From contig BCGN01000006.1 in assembly GCA_001599295.1 (NCBI GenBank), forward strand, positions 496,001 to 560,000: a stretch of 64,000 nucleotides of DNA, in the 5' to 3' direction. The translations under genes were made by a program, and so were the position numbers. This document shows, one piece after another, positions 49,501 to 63,626 of this stretch. The notes under the pieces were generated by a model, which was given only the letters and a program-made list of their open reading frames with translations, was not told where the DNA came from and searched no databases. Position 1 is the stretch's first letter, and every line of letters begins with the position of its first letter. The DNA comes from Sporopachydermia quercuum (taxonomy: Eukaryota).

Positions 49501-52500
49501 AAAATAGACAATTGGTAAAACAATAGTTATCAAAAAATGTGAGACTCGATATAGTTCTCAGTTCATTCTAGCGGAGGAGGTTGAACTTGGCGACATTTGG
49601 GTACAGTGATACGCAAGTGAAATAATGGTTCTCATAAAATATAACTTTGGTAATAAATTGACCATATTTGAAGCATTTGAGACTCAGCACGACACCAAGA
49701 TTAGTAAACAACGAAAAAAGTCTTTCAAGTAGTTCTCATAGAGTTTATATTACCTTCACTCCTCATAATTGCATAGGGAAAGTCATTAGGGCCAAGGTTA
49801 TGCATTTTAGTATCTAGAACTGAAGTCTATCGGTTTCTTAATAGAGGCAGACTTAGGAGAAGCCTTTTTTGAAAAGAAAACAGTATTCTGGTGTTTCTTT
49901 AAAGTTTTTCAAACACCAATATATAGCGTTAAACCTTGTGTTAAATAATTAGTTAACATTTCATGAAACGAAATTAAATGGCAAGTGTTGACCGTAAAGC
50001 GCGACTGTAAGGCTAAAATCTGTAGATTGTACAGCTTTTGTAAAGCTAATGAAATAAATTTTAAGTTATTTTCAGATCTCAGAATAGCGACAGGATCCAA
50101 AGAACTATCTGTCACGCTGCAGGTGAAATGTTTTAACTATATTATCGATTGATACTATTTCGTACTCATCTCAAATATTTGAAACATTAGTTCTGTTAGC
50201 CTAAACGGTATTTGGGTGGTTGATGACTCCAGATTTGTGCAATTCCTTGCTCTTCTTGTTTATTCTAGCGGTCCTGTAATTTATAGTCCCTTAGTTTCAA
50301 TCCCCTACTTAGTGTTGAAAAACGATTTACTGGTGTCGCTAATGTCTAATACTTCCCAAGAAATTTCAAGGACGCTTACTGAAAAGAAATTACAAGGAAA
50401 GAAGTGAGAAGAAACTTTTAATGCTGACATCAAACTCTGATCCCCCGCAAATAAACAATAATGATAGAAAATCTTTANTGTCAACAAAGATCCACGCAGT
50501 TGTTTCGTTTCAATTGAAGGAGTTCTTTCAATTTCATTCGAATGAAAAATCGAGACCCAGGAACAGGCCAGTTAAAGTTATAAACTTGTCTCGGTCTTAC
50601 CTAATATGGTAGTATTTAATTTAACTCTATTTGGAACCACTTTTATTTCATAACCAATTTCAGATGTATTAGTTTAAATCTATTCCCAATGAGGATGAAG
50701 TTAATGTTCCTTGTCTTGGAATTCTTTGCAAGGTACAAGAACCACTTATATGACATGACATACAGATTCTCCCTTGAGCAATCGAGTTTCAAGAACCTTT
50801 AATTCTTCTGACAAATACGGTACAACACATCTAGTTAACTTTCAGTTAAGTTGAAGGAAGGGTTCTAATTATCTTACAGTTTCAACTTATCAAAGTAGTA
50901 GGTACTGCATTTAAACCTGTTGTACCCGTCAGTTTGTAGGCAGAACCATTGCTTTCTTTTTTTTTTTGTTTCCTTCACTCACTCATAACTCCATCAATTT
51001 TTATTCATTCGTATCATAGGTAATTTTTTGGATCATACTATCAGTTTTACTTAAGAGATACCAGGTATAAACCGAGAATTTTATATATTTAGAAGAATTT
51101 TGCATGACTCGAAAATTGTTGGAGGTTATCTGGGAATGAAATAATTATATTCAGCATAAAAACGTAAATTCGTTGATTTTGAAACAAAATAATTAAAACC
51201 AACCCTTTTAAAGTAATAACTCATTAAGCCTCCTTTTTTGATAGTTTTTTCCATTGTTTCTTTAGTAGATTTTAAGAAACAGCTTTATTTGAGCTTTTTA
51301 AACTTATCTATCGATAAGAGGCCTATGCGGTACAAATTTGTCCAGCCATTAAACAATTGACTTGAACGCAATTATTATTGTGTTTCGGAAACAAAAGTTG
51401 ATATAATTAAGTTTCATTAGGTTTTTTTCGTATCAACAAAAGACTCCTTCTCAAGCAGATTTGTCAAAAATTCGCCCACGAATCAACTTGTTGCATGTAT
51501 CATTGTAAATCTGCTTCTCACCAATTATAAACTACTCGTTCTGATTGCGGTTTCTAGTTAATGCAACAATTAATTTATACAAACCCTTGAATCAATAACA
51601 TCTCAGGGTGAATAAACAACTGGTGGGTCTCAACTCTTCACGTTCTAATGTAATTTTAAGATTTCCCAGCAATTATCATAAATCCGCAGGATTTCATAGA
51701 ACTTTACGAGTTTCATTGTCGATGTATTGTTTGCTATTTATGTTGTAATAAAGTTTGCTTTCCTAAATCAAAAAGTCCGATATATGTACGATACAGAATA
51801 TATATACGTATCTTAAGTGTCCACTACGTACGCAATTTTAACTTCAGCATAAAGTTGAGTGTCCGCTCTTTTATCGATTGACTCTAATGTTAAAAGTGTA
51901 GCCTCTTTTGGTGATGGCGAGCAAGCTAGTGATTACCTTTTATGGATAACTCAGAAGTTAGTTACTTATTTCAGCTACACAACCTCCTTACTTGTATTCT
52001 CCACTTCTTGAAAAAGAAGTACTAAACTACATAATTCTTCCAGAATTTAAGTGGATTTGGTGATTGGAAAACCTGCTCAAGTGAGTTTCTTTGACAGAAA
52101 TAATTGAATTGCTTCCCCCATGGAAAAGAAAACTAGTAAGCCTTTTTCCAAATTGAATGAAATACAATGATTGAAATTCTAGTTAAGGAAGAACATAATT
52201 CTAAGTCATTATTCCGTTTTTTAATTAGAATGAAGATGTACTATGTTTATGTTTTTTCTATAATCCAGTTTCCCTCAACTAGATATTGGAATGTCCAACT
52301 GCCGAATTGAGACTGTTGCTAAAAAGATTAGGATTTTCTCAGATNTTGAATTATGTTATTGATCCGAGATAGCACAACTGATTAGATATCTAGACGATTG
52401 ATTTCATGAGAGGACCAGTTCAAAAGAATGTCCAATATTAAAATCTATTTTTATTTATGAAAATCTTGCTGTCTGCAATTGAAATTATAAGGACTGGTTG

Positions 52501-55500
52501 AAACAAAATATACGCAATAGCTCTATAATTACTCAATTGTGAAGTAGTGGAGCTTCAAATCTGAAGCGGTCAGAATTCAGAGTATTCAGAGTCGATATTA
52601 GAGTTTGTAAACGAAACACGAAAGTTATGATATCCTTAACCAAAAAATAAGCAATGTAACAGAAATCAAGTTTTCGAGAAGAAAGAATCCCAGCCGTGGA
52701 TCAAGATGCTTTAACGGACTGGCAGGTACTGAATCTATTTCGAACAACCTCAAGATGTGAAGATTGTCCACTGAATATTCTTCAATCGCTGAAGCTGTAC
52801 TTGGCTCTCACCCCCCTAGTATATTATCTTTTCGGATTGCTCAGTATAAACTATCTCGGCAATTCAAAGTGATAAATGCTGAATGGCTGCGATTGTTGAA
52901 GTGAATGGAAGTAACTCAAAATTGATACGGTTTACTTACTTTAAGGTCCCTAAACTGTATCGTCGATCAACTTATATTAGTAGTTGAGATGAGGAAAAAC
53001 TGGTTTCGATAATAAAATAATAATAATACAAATGAGGTGTTTCTTTGCTCCATAAGATACGGCTCTTAAGAATCACCAGCAACATCTAAAAGAATATAAC
53101 CCTCTGTTCTGGTAGTATATAAAACTCTTTATCTTATTGACACTTTACTTCATTCTACTGTCCATCTTCCAATCAGAATCATTCGAAATATTATTATTGG
53201 CATTTTCGGTTACTACCATAATGAGTTACTCATAAAACTCCTATAATCAGGCGTCGAACAAGGGGTGCTCGTAGTTTTCATATTATTTTACTAATTGAGT
53301 TTTTTCAGCTGAACATTCATAGATTAACAATACCCGTTCTGGTTGATTGTTCTCACAGCGATTGTCACAATGACATTACCTCAATATCCTCTCTGGGAAT
53401 TTCCCGAAGATCTCACCCCTTCATAACAACTCATCCAACTGTGGCTTTGTTTTTTCAATTGTATAAATGTTTCCTTTAACAGTCAATACTCAACTTTAAC
53501 TGGCCTAATTAACTAACTTAGCAGTATGAGGGTAAATAACTTCCGTTTAAGGAATACTTTAGCTTTTCTCAAGCATTTGCTTTGAGAAGCCTTTATATGA
53601 GCCACATCAAAGCTATGAAACAATTGATGATCAGTTGAGTGGCTACTAGTGTTGTTTTTCAGTATCTAGATTGGACTGTAAGGAATTGGACAGGTAGCTA
53701 TTAGGTATCTTTCTTGTACGCCTGTAAATGGTTAATCTTCCTGTAATTGGACCGTAGTAATCGTGAGATCAAATAAGCATTTTTTTTCTGAATCATGACC
53801 AAAACTGATCAATGAACCCAAATCATCNCCACGCAATCATCACGCTAATAAAGGAGGTAGCCANAGCGCATTCCCTTACACTAAGCAATGACATCAACGG
53901 TTAACCAATTAGTAAACAATCAATTTATACCCATTTCCAATTAGAAGGCTATTTCGATCCTGTGAGAAGGCTTCTCCTCCCATGAATCCCCATTTCTTCT
54001 TTGGTTTTNGACAGGTACGGGGTATCACATGTTCATTTCCACTGGAATGTGGTAATTAAATATTTCGCTCACAGTAATAGAGTAAACCTTCATGTTTGTT
54101 TCATGTCGTGAAAATAAGAGTTCGATACAATGTTAGATGTTAGACAAGTCTTCTCTGTATCAAAGAACATNAATTTGGAATTTTGAACTGTCTAATTTTA
54201 ATCCTAGTTGCTACATCCGTTAATTGGTTAATGGCTGAAGAAGATATGAAAGGGAGGTGAAGGGACTTATCTGTCTGCGATGATGGTAACTGTTCACGAA
54301 TAGTTCAAATATCTACAATTTACTACATAGGATTTTATATCAAAGCTGAAAAATAATTCGATTCATCTGTGACATCAATTATACATTCAGAGTAACGCTC
54401 CAATCCCATGTGTAGTAAAATTCTAAATATTTTGTTTTATTAATCATCATTCAACTAACGCACAAGTGTAAAAGATCATCTTACTATCTAATCTGTCATG
54501 TCAATAAATTACAGTTGCTGGTACTCACTGACNATGCTATACTTCTAATAGGAATCAACCCTGGATAGAACTATATAGATTCTTTATACTAACTCCACAG
54601 TTTCCATCTCACTCCTTGTTCTCATCGCATAAACCTCCTGCATGATACTAAAGTGTATTCCAGTAAACGTCATCGCATATTTCTCTAATCAGATGAACAA
54701 AAACGCTTATTTCACGTACTGTCTAGACATGAAAGACTTGATTGCTGTTGTTGTAGAATTAATTATCTGTTTTACTCTCTTTTCTCATTCATATCAATAA
54801 ATTTTCTCTCAGAACTCTAGCAAACATCCCCAATAGCTTTTCTCTTTATTCATTTTACCAACCTTCCCCACTCCTATCTCCTCTATGATTCTGTCTCCTC
54901 TCATTTTACCTCATCACCTCATCATTCAGTCTATTTATCTATTATCATCATCACCAAAACGGTTTGTGGATTTATCACCAAATAGAGAAATCAAAACAAT
55001 ATACCCTATTGGGAACTCGCACTCATTAACGCAGAACCTTAACCAGGAAAAATAACAAACTTTACATTTTGCAGGTTGTGAGAATTTCAATTAAAAATTC
55101 CTNTGTTTTGAACAGGTTTTGATTCCTTTGTTTCTTTGCCTTTTATATCCACTGATCACTTTGTTCAAACAGTGTTTTCTGGCGAAAGTAGAATGGGAAA
55201 GCTTGGTTAACAATTGTTCTTCCGATTGATTGAACTCGATTGGTATTATAGCTTTAACCACTTCACGAACGGTAAAATATGAACTCAACCCTTTGATCAG
55301 AAGAGAGTTTGTTTATACACACTGAACGCGAGATCATTTTGGTTTCTTATCATAGCAGATCAAATTACAGAAAAGTAATGATCCAAAAAGCTGCTGTTTG
55401 TTACTATAAACAAGCAGATTTGAACTGAACTCGCTTACTTATTATCTGAGAAACGTTCTTTTCAACAAAGTCTAAATCACGCCAGCAATTCAAATTATGG

Positions 55501-55637
55501 TAATAGATTCTGATTCAGCTGTTGAGAGTTCAATCAAATTAGACGTTATCACTTAACTCCATCAGCTCTGAGTCAAAAACATCAAATAAAACATAATCAC
55601 GGACATATATACCTACTATTTTCAATAGCTCGCTACC

Positions 55638-58600
55638 ATGTCGAGATCCTCTGTTGATTTCAATCCTGGCAGCAGCCAATCAAGTCACTCTCGGCATCAA
55701 TCAATGAGCATTCCTATTACATCAAGTGAAACGAATGCAACCCCTAGAAGTCATTCAAGATCACAATCTGCCAATAAATATGATACATACGGAGCTCAGA
55801 ATTCTATTGATTCAAACTCATCCAATGCTATTCCATCCACAACAGTACATACTCCTATTAGTAGCAGTAGTACACATCAGAAACATTCATCTTTATCTTC
55901 CTCCTCAATGTTTCAAAAAGGCAAAAGAGCACAATATGTTCGTTTTGGTCACTATATTCTAGGATCAACACTTGGCGAAGGTGAGTTTGGCAAAGTTAAG
56001 CTTGCATGGAAGAAAAGTGATGGAGAATTCCAAGCATCACAAGTTGCCATCAAGCTAATCAGGAGAGACTCAATACCACCAGGTTCTGAAAGAGAAAACA
56101 AAGTGTTTAGAGAAATCAATGCATTGAGAAAATTATCACATCCAAATATTGTTGGATTGGAAGAAGTGATAAAGAATGATAAATTTGTTGGCATTGTATT
56201 GGAATATGCATCAGGTGGAGAACTTTTTGATTATATTTTATCTCATAAGTACCTGAAAGACACAATCGCTTGCAAACTGTTTGCACAACTAGTGTCAGGA
56301 GTGGATTATATGCATTCAAAAGGTATAATCCATCGTGATCTTAAATTGGAGAATTTGCTGTTGGATAAACATAAGAACATCATAATCAGTGATTTTGGAT
56401 TTGTCAATTCATTTAAACTATCAACTGGAGTTGATTTGATGAAGACAAGNTGCGGATCACCATGTTATGCTGCTCCAGAATTAGTTGTATCAGCAGAGAA
56501 GTACCACGGTAAAAAGGTTGACATTTGGAGTTGTGGTGTTATTCTCTATGCAATGTTAGCAGGCTACTTGCCGTTTGACGATGATCCAAATAATCCAGAC
56601 GGTTCTAATATTGCCCAACTATACCAATATATCCTTTCAACTCCATTGACATTTCCTGATCATGTTCAACCAATGTCCAGAGATCTAATAAGAAAACTAT
56701 TAGTCGCCAATCCTAGAAAGAGAGTTACACTGCAGGCAGTGAAATCCCATCGTTGGTTAGCACCTTATGGTAAACTATTATCAATTACTGCGAAACAATG
56801 GGATCAGAATTATTCAATTGCTAAACAGCAGATCAACCATTTCAATTCAACCCAATTTGTCCAAAACATACACAAAGCATCTAATAATAACCAAACCTCT
56901 TCAACAAAGATTTCTCCTCATGGTTTTATTCCTTCTACTATTAACTCCAATACTGCAGATAGAAGATATTCTTTGATTGAAACAAGCCTAAACTCTTCTC
57001 AAGTAAGATCTTTAGGTTATGGTCTTGGAGCTGATACTGCATTCAGTTCAAATAGCCAAACAAATCATAAACATTTCAACGGTGTGTCACATAATGATTT
57101 ACCTGCAACACGCTCGTCGTCGTCTAACTATATGAGATCAGGTCCTGCACTACCATATACGTCCTCTTCACATGCTATTGTTATTCCCTCTAGTCAATCA
57201 AGTTCAAGTATCAGCGTTGATTTGAAAGCAAGTGGTATTAATGACGTTGCTTCTGTTACTAGTTTTGACTCTCGCCTATCTCAAACATACTATACGCCAC
57301 CCTTGTCATCTTCAGCTACATTTGATTCTTTACCAGTTGTCAATCAACAGGGAAATAGTCCAAGGGGTAATATTCCTAAGTCAGCTACTAGTAGTGCTTT
57401 ATCGCCGTTGGCGAGTAATGGTAACGCCAATGCTAATGACACTTCTTCTGACTCTTATAATAAACAAAACTACAAACATACCAGACATCAGTCAGTTATC
57501 TCAGTCCCTACATTCACTTCAGGAAATACATCATCACATTTCTCTTCTGCAAGTGAAGCTTTACTTGCATTAGCAAATGCTGCAGATAAAGCTCAAGCAT
57601 TGGCTCATTTGAGAAATCAGCAGAGTCAACACCGGACTAGTACTGTCGGTTCTAATAATTCTCTTGCGACTGCTAGTTCATTTCATGGACAAAATGCGAC
57701 TCCGACTACTACAAGAAGACATTCGATTCATGGTCCTGCACCTGTCTTCTCGTCTACCAATATTATTTCAATTGACACTGAAAGTCCAACTACTACTGGT
57801 AATGACTCAGACAGTTCCAAGAAAAAATCAGTGGTTGATAAGTTATTACAACTAGATGATAAAGAAATTGAACTACAGCCACAACAACGTCAACACAACA
57901 AATCAAAAATTCTGCCTAGACTTCCGGGTCCTGGAACAAGAAAACCAAGGCCTACTTCTTACAATCCTGCTTATTTCTCTCAGCCTTACAGTGTTGATAA
58001 ACACTCTGAATCTAATGATTCGATTCTCTCTATCACCGATAGTTATACTAGAAGAATTGATCGTTTTGATGTTAAAAGAGAATCAATCTATGAAAGCGAA
58101 ATGGAAAACGATGAATTTAAAACTGGAACTGAAAATGACAGAGAAAATGAATTCACGATCAGTAATAACTCAATCGTTGGAATTAATTCCGGAAACGTGT
58201 CTACGAGTACTGTCAACTCTTCTGGTAACAACAGTTATATTACCAATAGACCGAATGGTCCTCGGCCAATGGTCAGCAATAATTCTAGTAGTAACTACTC
58301 TGAAGACTTCAAACCTTTGAGGTTATTATCAAGAGTTGGCTCTGCTGCTGATGACGACACTTTCATTCAAACAAATGACAATAATAATGATAAGACTTTA
58401 AGTACTATCATCAATGGTATCGAAAATTTAGGCGCTAACAGCTCGAGTAGCAGATTGGCAGAGCCCTCTGCAGCTGCGATCAATTCAACAAAGAGTATTG
58501 ATGATGATCTTATATCAACAGTTTCCAGATCGTCTCAAATTACAAAATATTCAAGAGCATCTAAAGGTTCCAAAGGTTCTAAAACTGGTTTACAGAGCAC

Positions 58601-59228
58601 CAAATCAAGCAAAAAGGAGCCTCCAATCGCTAAAGGTAAATCCAATAGATATAGTATGTCAGAAGTTTTGTTTGATAAGCTATTTGGTTCCAGTAGTAAT
58701 ATCAATTCCCATGATAATTCTACTACTCATCATAAGAAAAGATTCAGCTTCTTGGGATTCAGTACTGCTGAAGAGAGCAAGGACATTGTTAATGCCAATA
58801 CGAAGGAAGCGTCACCTGCAGGCAACACTGTACCAAAAACGCAAGGCGCTCTTATGCAGTCCAAGGTTGATCCACACAACCAGGTACAACAATCATCAAC
58901 AAGTAGAATATACAGCAACTCTATTACCCCAAACTCTTCTTCTGGTTCAAGAATTTTGGAACCTTCAACAAGAAGCAATTTACCATCAACTCCTACCAAC
59001 GTAATAGCAATGTATTCAGGGCTTGATGAAAATAGAACCAGGGAGAATGTCAAGGATGGATCCTTGAATCAAAGGGTGCTGAATGATAACGTATATTGTA
59101 AATCAAATAGAAGCAGCGCTAATAAGACGGTCAACGATGTAACGAAACCATCGAGCAAATCAAAGAACAGCCAAACTACTAAAAAAGTGATGGATTTCTT
59201 CAAAAGGAGAAGTAAGATTATCAGTTAA
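55638..59228 (+). CDS. KIN4: Ser/Thr protein kinase, Kin4/Frk1 family (1196 aa)
   Basis: [80 protein letters not shown], and the C-terminal [10 protein letters not shown] typical of this family. Confidence 0.88.
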   Translation: MSRSSVDFNPGSSQSSHSRHQSMSIPITSSETNATPRSHSRSQSANKYDTYGAQNSIDSNSSNAIPSTTVHTPISSSSTHQKHSSLSSSSMFQKGKRAQYVRFGHYILGSTLGEGEFGKVKLAWKKSDGEFQASQVAIKLIRRDSIPPGSERENKVFREINALRKLSHPNIVGLEEVIKNDKFVGIVLEYASGGELFDYILSHKYLKDTIACKLFAQLVSGVDYMHSKGIIHRDLKLENLLLDKHKNIIISDFGFVNSFKLSTGVDLMKTXCGSPCYAAPELVVSAEKYHGKKVDIWSCGVILYAMLAGYLPFDDDPNNPDGSNIAQLYQYILSTPLTFPDHVQPMSRDLIRKLLVANPRKRVTLQAVKSHRWLAPYGKLLSITAKQWDQNYSIAKQQINHFNSTQFVQNIHKASNNNQTSSTKISPHGFIPSTINSNTADRRYSLIETSLNSSQVRSLGYGLGADTAFSSNSQTNHKHFNGVSHNDLPATRSSSSNYMRSGPALPYTSSSHAIVIPSSQSSSSISVDLKASGINDVASVTSFDSRLSQTYYTPPLSSSATFDSLPVVNQQGNSPRGNIPKSATSSALSPLASNGNANANDTSSDSYNKQNYKHTRHQSVISVPTFTSGNTSSHFSSASEALLALANAADKAQALAHLRNQQSQHRTSTVGSNNSLATASSFHGQNATPTTTRRHSIHGPAPVFSSTNIISIDTESPTTTGNDSDSSKKKSVVDKLLQLDDKEIELQPQQRQHNKSKILPRLPGPGTRKPRPTSYNPAYFSQPYSVDKHSESNDSILSITDSYTRRIDRFDVKRESIYESEMENDEFKTGTENDRENEFTISNNSIVGINSGNVSTSTVNSSGNNSYITNRPNGPRPMVSNNSSSNYSEDFKPLRLLSRVGSAADDDTFIQTNDNNNDKTLSTIINGIENLGANSSSSRLAEPSAAAINSTKSIDDDLISTVSRSSQITKYSRASKGSKGSKTGLQSTKSSKKEPPIAKGKSNRYSMSEVLFDKLFGSSSNINSHDNSTTHHKKRFSFLGFSTAEESKDIVNANTKEASPAGNTVPKTQGALMQSKVDPHNQVQQSSTSRIYSNSITPNSSSGSRILEPSTRSNLPSTPTNVIAMYSGLDENRTRENVKDGSLNQRVLNDNVYCKSNRSSANKTVNDVTKPSSKSKNSQTTKKVMDFFKRRSKIIS

Positions 59229-61305
59229 ATTGAGTGAGGTTTCATAATTGATGTGGTGTTGAGATGCATTAGTAGAACTCTCAATGAATACTCATTTTCT
59301 CATCTTACTATATTTTTTCCTTTTTGCTTTTCTGTGCATGATTTTATATGTTTGTTTTATCAGGATGATTATAAGTATTTTTATAAGTATAAGTATAAAA
59401 TGACATTAGCTAGCTTAATGGTTAACTTTGGGAATGGATTATTTATTAATTTATGGAGACCTGTGGGTACAATATTCTGACAAGAGTTNGTAAGAGTTTA
59501 AGATGTAGACAAACAAAGAAGGAACCAATTTCCTACTAATAGGTCGGATTATACTTCCGATAAATATTTGGAAAACATTATCTTTTACGTAGGAGCATAA
59601 AAAATGTGTAACTCCCGGTAACGGTATCTAGCATCTTTGTTTCAATAGAAAATGCGACAGATATTTGGCATCACATTTATCTTTTTTTCTTTTTTTCGTT
59701 TTTTGATGAAGTTCTTTCTAACCATCCTGCTATCGCGGTTCCGTTTTCTGGTCTTCTGGCTTATAACAAACAGTAACAAATCCTACCACTTCTCTTTTAC
59801 AATCAAAACAATCAAGCGTCAGATAATTCTATGATATTGTTCACTTTATTTGTTTTCTCAATGCTGCCGCCGTCTAATATTTATGTTCTCATTCTCTTGT
59901 GATATACACGATACATCAAATTTTCCCCCAGTACAGAATTTAAATACACCTTTGAATGTTTTATTCCCNTGAATCCAAAAACAAAAAATGATATACAGTC
60001 CTAAAGAAAACAAATGCAACCAATATTAAATAACATAATACCAAAAGTTGACAACGATTAAGTTGATTTGATATAGTTAATTAGCAAGACTTGACTTGCC
60101 TTGCCTCTATTGACGACTATATTCATGTTTCAACTTCACCAATCTCCTCTTCCATTTTAATTGTACCTTAAAAAGGAATCTCTTTATCTAACTTTATGAA
60201 AGAGTTCACTTTGAATGCTTCAGGTGCAATTGGACTATCATTTTGTCCTCTGAGNGTACCTGTTAATCTGAAATCTCTTTCCATCACTGTTAATTGAATG
60301 TTAGACACTGTTTGAGTTGTGGCCATAAAAAATAGTACGAATTGAATTGACAANCAATTTGATTAGTGAGTATCTGCAACCAGGGCAGCTCTCGTATTAT
60401 ATCAAAACACTTCCGGTTACCTGAACTTTCGTTAAAGCACCAATTTTTTTACTTACATTCCCTATCCCAGTCATCTATGGTGAATCTATCTCTTTTCCAA
60501 CCATTATTCCATGCACGTACAGTTGAAACGGCACCACCAGCTACACCGAAGAACTACAACAATCGTTAGCCTTTGCGGTAATAAAATACATGCTCACATC
60601 TTCTGAATCCTTATCCTGACTTCTCTCTTCCACTCTCCCAATTCTGCGCGAAACCTCATTCTTCTTCTACTTACTCCAAGAATGATTCCATACGGTAAAA
60701 GGCCTTCAAAGGGAATCATTGTCGCTTATTTTTTTTATAAATTTATCTCGTAGTTGAAGTACCTAGGATATCAAAAATTTGTACACTCATACAATACAGA
60801 CATATACTTCAGCTCTAACGGACTATACTCAATACTATATAGCGCTTCTGATGTATATGTACCATATCTTTCCTCCTTTCCTTTACTCTAAACATCGCAG
60901 GTTCTTACTACAAATTATTACCCACATAAAACTTAACCTGCTGATTGGGTGAGTCTCTGGAGGGNAATAAAAGAGACTTCATGATACACCCAAACATTAG
61001 ATAGCCATATTTCTATATTATGTAATCAGTTTTCGAGCAGTTTCTTCTTTCATCAAATGGAGACCTCAAGAGATCGTGTCAAACACAATTAAAAGTATTC
61101 TCACTATACTATGAAAGTTAAAACTAGGGCATTAGGTTTGTTGCTCTGACAACTTTTGGAACTGTATATCCGTAACCTCATCTTATCCGTCACATGATTC
61201 AGAAAAAGAAAAAATTTGCGAGCGCACCAGAGAAAACTCTAAAATGAAAATTGTATATAAGCAGTGGAGTACCCCATTTCTATCGCGTTTCTTTTCCTGC
61301 TCATT

Positions 61306-61685
61306 GTCGACGTACTTCAGTAAGTAACCCCCCCCATACTTTAGCAAATAGCCAAATTCGGCTAATATGCTATATAGTTGAAGTAAAATAATGAAAAAAT
61401 TAAATATACTAACAACCCTTGCAGTAGGATCATTTCTATAGGTCACGTCCTTCTTTGACTCTTCAAAAGAGCCACAGAATCCAACTTGGATGATGAGATG
61501 GCCCTTCGCACCCTAGAGTGAGGTATATGGAACTTGTCATGGTTTTTACTGTGGCATTTACATTATTCCTTCGTCATATGCTTTGGTTTACCGTAGTATC
61601 AGGAGGAGCGATGATCTTGGTCCTTTGTGTGTACGATCTTCGTGGTTGGGGCACATTGGGCGGGAGTGAAGGCTGTCTGACAAGT
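61306..61685 (+). ncRNA. snR17: U3 snoRNA with a spliceosomal intron (exon 1 61306-61319, intron 61320-61424, exon 2 61425-61685; mature ~275 nt)
   Basis: GTCGACGTACTTCA|TAGGATCATTTCTATAGG, CTTTGACTCTTCAAAAGAGCCAC.GAATCCAACTTGG, box C' GATGA, box B AGAGTGAG, box C GATGAT, box D end GTCTGACAAGT, all nearly identical to yeast U3. Intron GTAAGT..TACTAAC (61407)..CAG. TATATAA at 61254. Confidence 0.97.
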
Positions 61686-62083
61686 CTCAAAGATAATTGG
61701 ATTTCTAATTAGAAGGACATGGTTTGTACAATGTACTTATTAAGTTAATGTTGACCAATAAAATTGTATCAGCATGAAATACTTCAAGTGTAGGTAATTG
61801 TAGACAGTTATAACGTACTATTATGTTAAAGTTGATGCTGGAGCAGCAATTGTATATAAAGTTCTAATACTGCACTAAGAGTTTTGCTCTCACCTGGTCT
61901 ATAATCTGATACATTTGATCATAATATTGTTTATTAAACTCTAAACGCAGAAATCATTAATATACTATTCAATTATCATCAACAGTGAAACTGTATACTT
62001 CACTCGTTACAAAATACAAAATACGAAATACGAAATCCAAATGATCATCATAATTTGAATACCTATCAATCATCAACCAACTC

Positions 62084-63626
62084 TCAAATCTTGATCTCTT
62101 TCTCTTGCAAGAATTTATCCTTATTAAATCTCCAATGCTTTATAACAGGTGCAGGCTTGAGATCATCTTTGTCTCCAACTACTGAACCGCTCGGAACATT
62201 ATTAATGGATAGTTGAGCCATGTTACTTAGTTCAATGAATGTTTTGTCTATTAGACCCAAGTCTGATTTGTCCAAATCATTTAACTCAGGTAACTTGATT
62301 TTCTGTTCTTCATCAGCAAGTGTAGATAAATCAAACCAACGTCTAACCCATTCTTTCCCTTCAGCTTCTTCAGCTTTTCTCAAAACACGTTGTTCGTTTT
62401 CGATCTTAGTCTTCTCTTGGTGAATTAAATCAAAATCACCTTTACGAACAGCTTCAGCCACTTTCTTCCATGCTTTCCTAGATTCCAAATCATGCTGCTC
62501 TTCGATATCTTTGACTTCGAGATGTTGAGGTGGAACAACACTTGAATCATAAAACCATTCTTCATCATTCGAAAGCTTCTTGGCTTCGGAAGAAGATGAG
62601 GCTTTTGATGAAAGCGATAGGCTGGATGTTGAATGAAGAAGTTCTGAATAGCTTTCTGAGAAGGTGGACATTTTTGGAGATATCTTGGAGATTTCATGCC
62701 ATTGTCCACTAATAGTGTATAAAGCTAATTCCTTCTTTGAGCTACTTTTCTGATCTTTGTAGATACGAGCCTTAAAGGTGTGTTTCTTGCCAGAGAAGTA
62801 ACCTCTGCCTGAAAACTCAATGACTGCAAAATATCCTGATGAACTTTGAATATATGTCTTATTATCCAATTCGACAAAAGGAGTAGCAACCATGAGACCT
62901 TCAATATGTAAAGGAGGTAAAGTGATAAGGTATTTTTCACCCAAATTTTCATATGTCACAATAGTATGGCCGTACTGCTTGACGTTGATAGTGGTAGTTG
63001 AGATTGATGCTCTAATTCCAAAGTATCCTTCAAGGTAAGTTTTATTCTTTTCGTTAAAAATAGANTAAGCAGTAACAGGAGGATGATGAGAAACTTGTTC
63101 CGATAATAATACAGTTTCACCGACTTTTTCATCATCACTTGTCCATTTTCCAACAAACAATTCACCTAAAAATGGATTCAAAGGTTTCTTTTCGAATCCC
63201 ATCGATTCGTTACGAGAACAGTATTGAGATCTCAATGTTGAAATAAACCATCTTGTAACAGCTAGCATTCTATGTAAAGCTGCGGTTGATTCTGCTTCAG
63301 GATCCGATGATTCAGCTTTGATGAAATTCGGGGCAACAAATAAATCAGGATGTTCTGCCCAGAATTGAGAATACTCGACCAAAGATGTTGGAGATAAAAT
63401 AAAGGGTGGTGCTGTTAATGAAGATAAATCACCATTGTAAGAGGCAATTGACTTCAAGAATGAAGTCCATGATGATGACTAATAATATGACAATGGTTAG
63501 TGCACGATTTCAATAAATACTATCATCAGTGATGGAGTCTCTTGGTTGTCTACCTGTGTAGTCTGCATATCAAGTATCTCTACTTTCTAATTAATCTATN
63601 CCACTTACAGAAGCACTACTGGACAT
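62084..63626 (-). CDS. KES1: Oxysterol-binding protein Kes1/Osh4; exons 63626-63609 and 63478-62084 (~470 aa)
   Basis: Spliced N-terminus [49 protein letters not shown] and OSBP signature EQVSHHPP. Intron GTAAGT..CACTAAC..TAG (63608-63479). Confidence 0.95.

Noticed and set aside
54387..54450. Box C/D snoRNA candidate on the minus strand (ATGATGA...CTGA)
   Set aside because: No terminal stem and only about 7 nt of recognisable rRNA complementarity.
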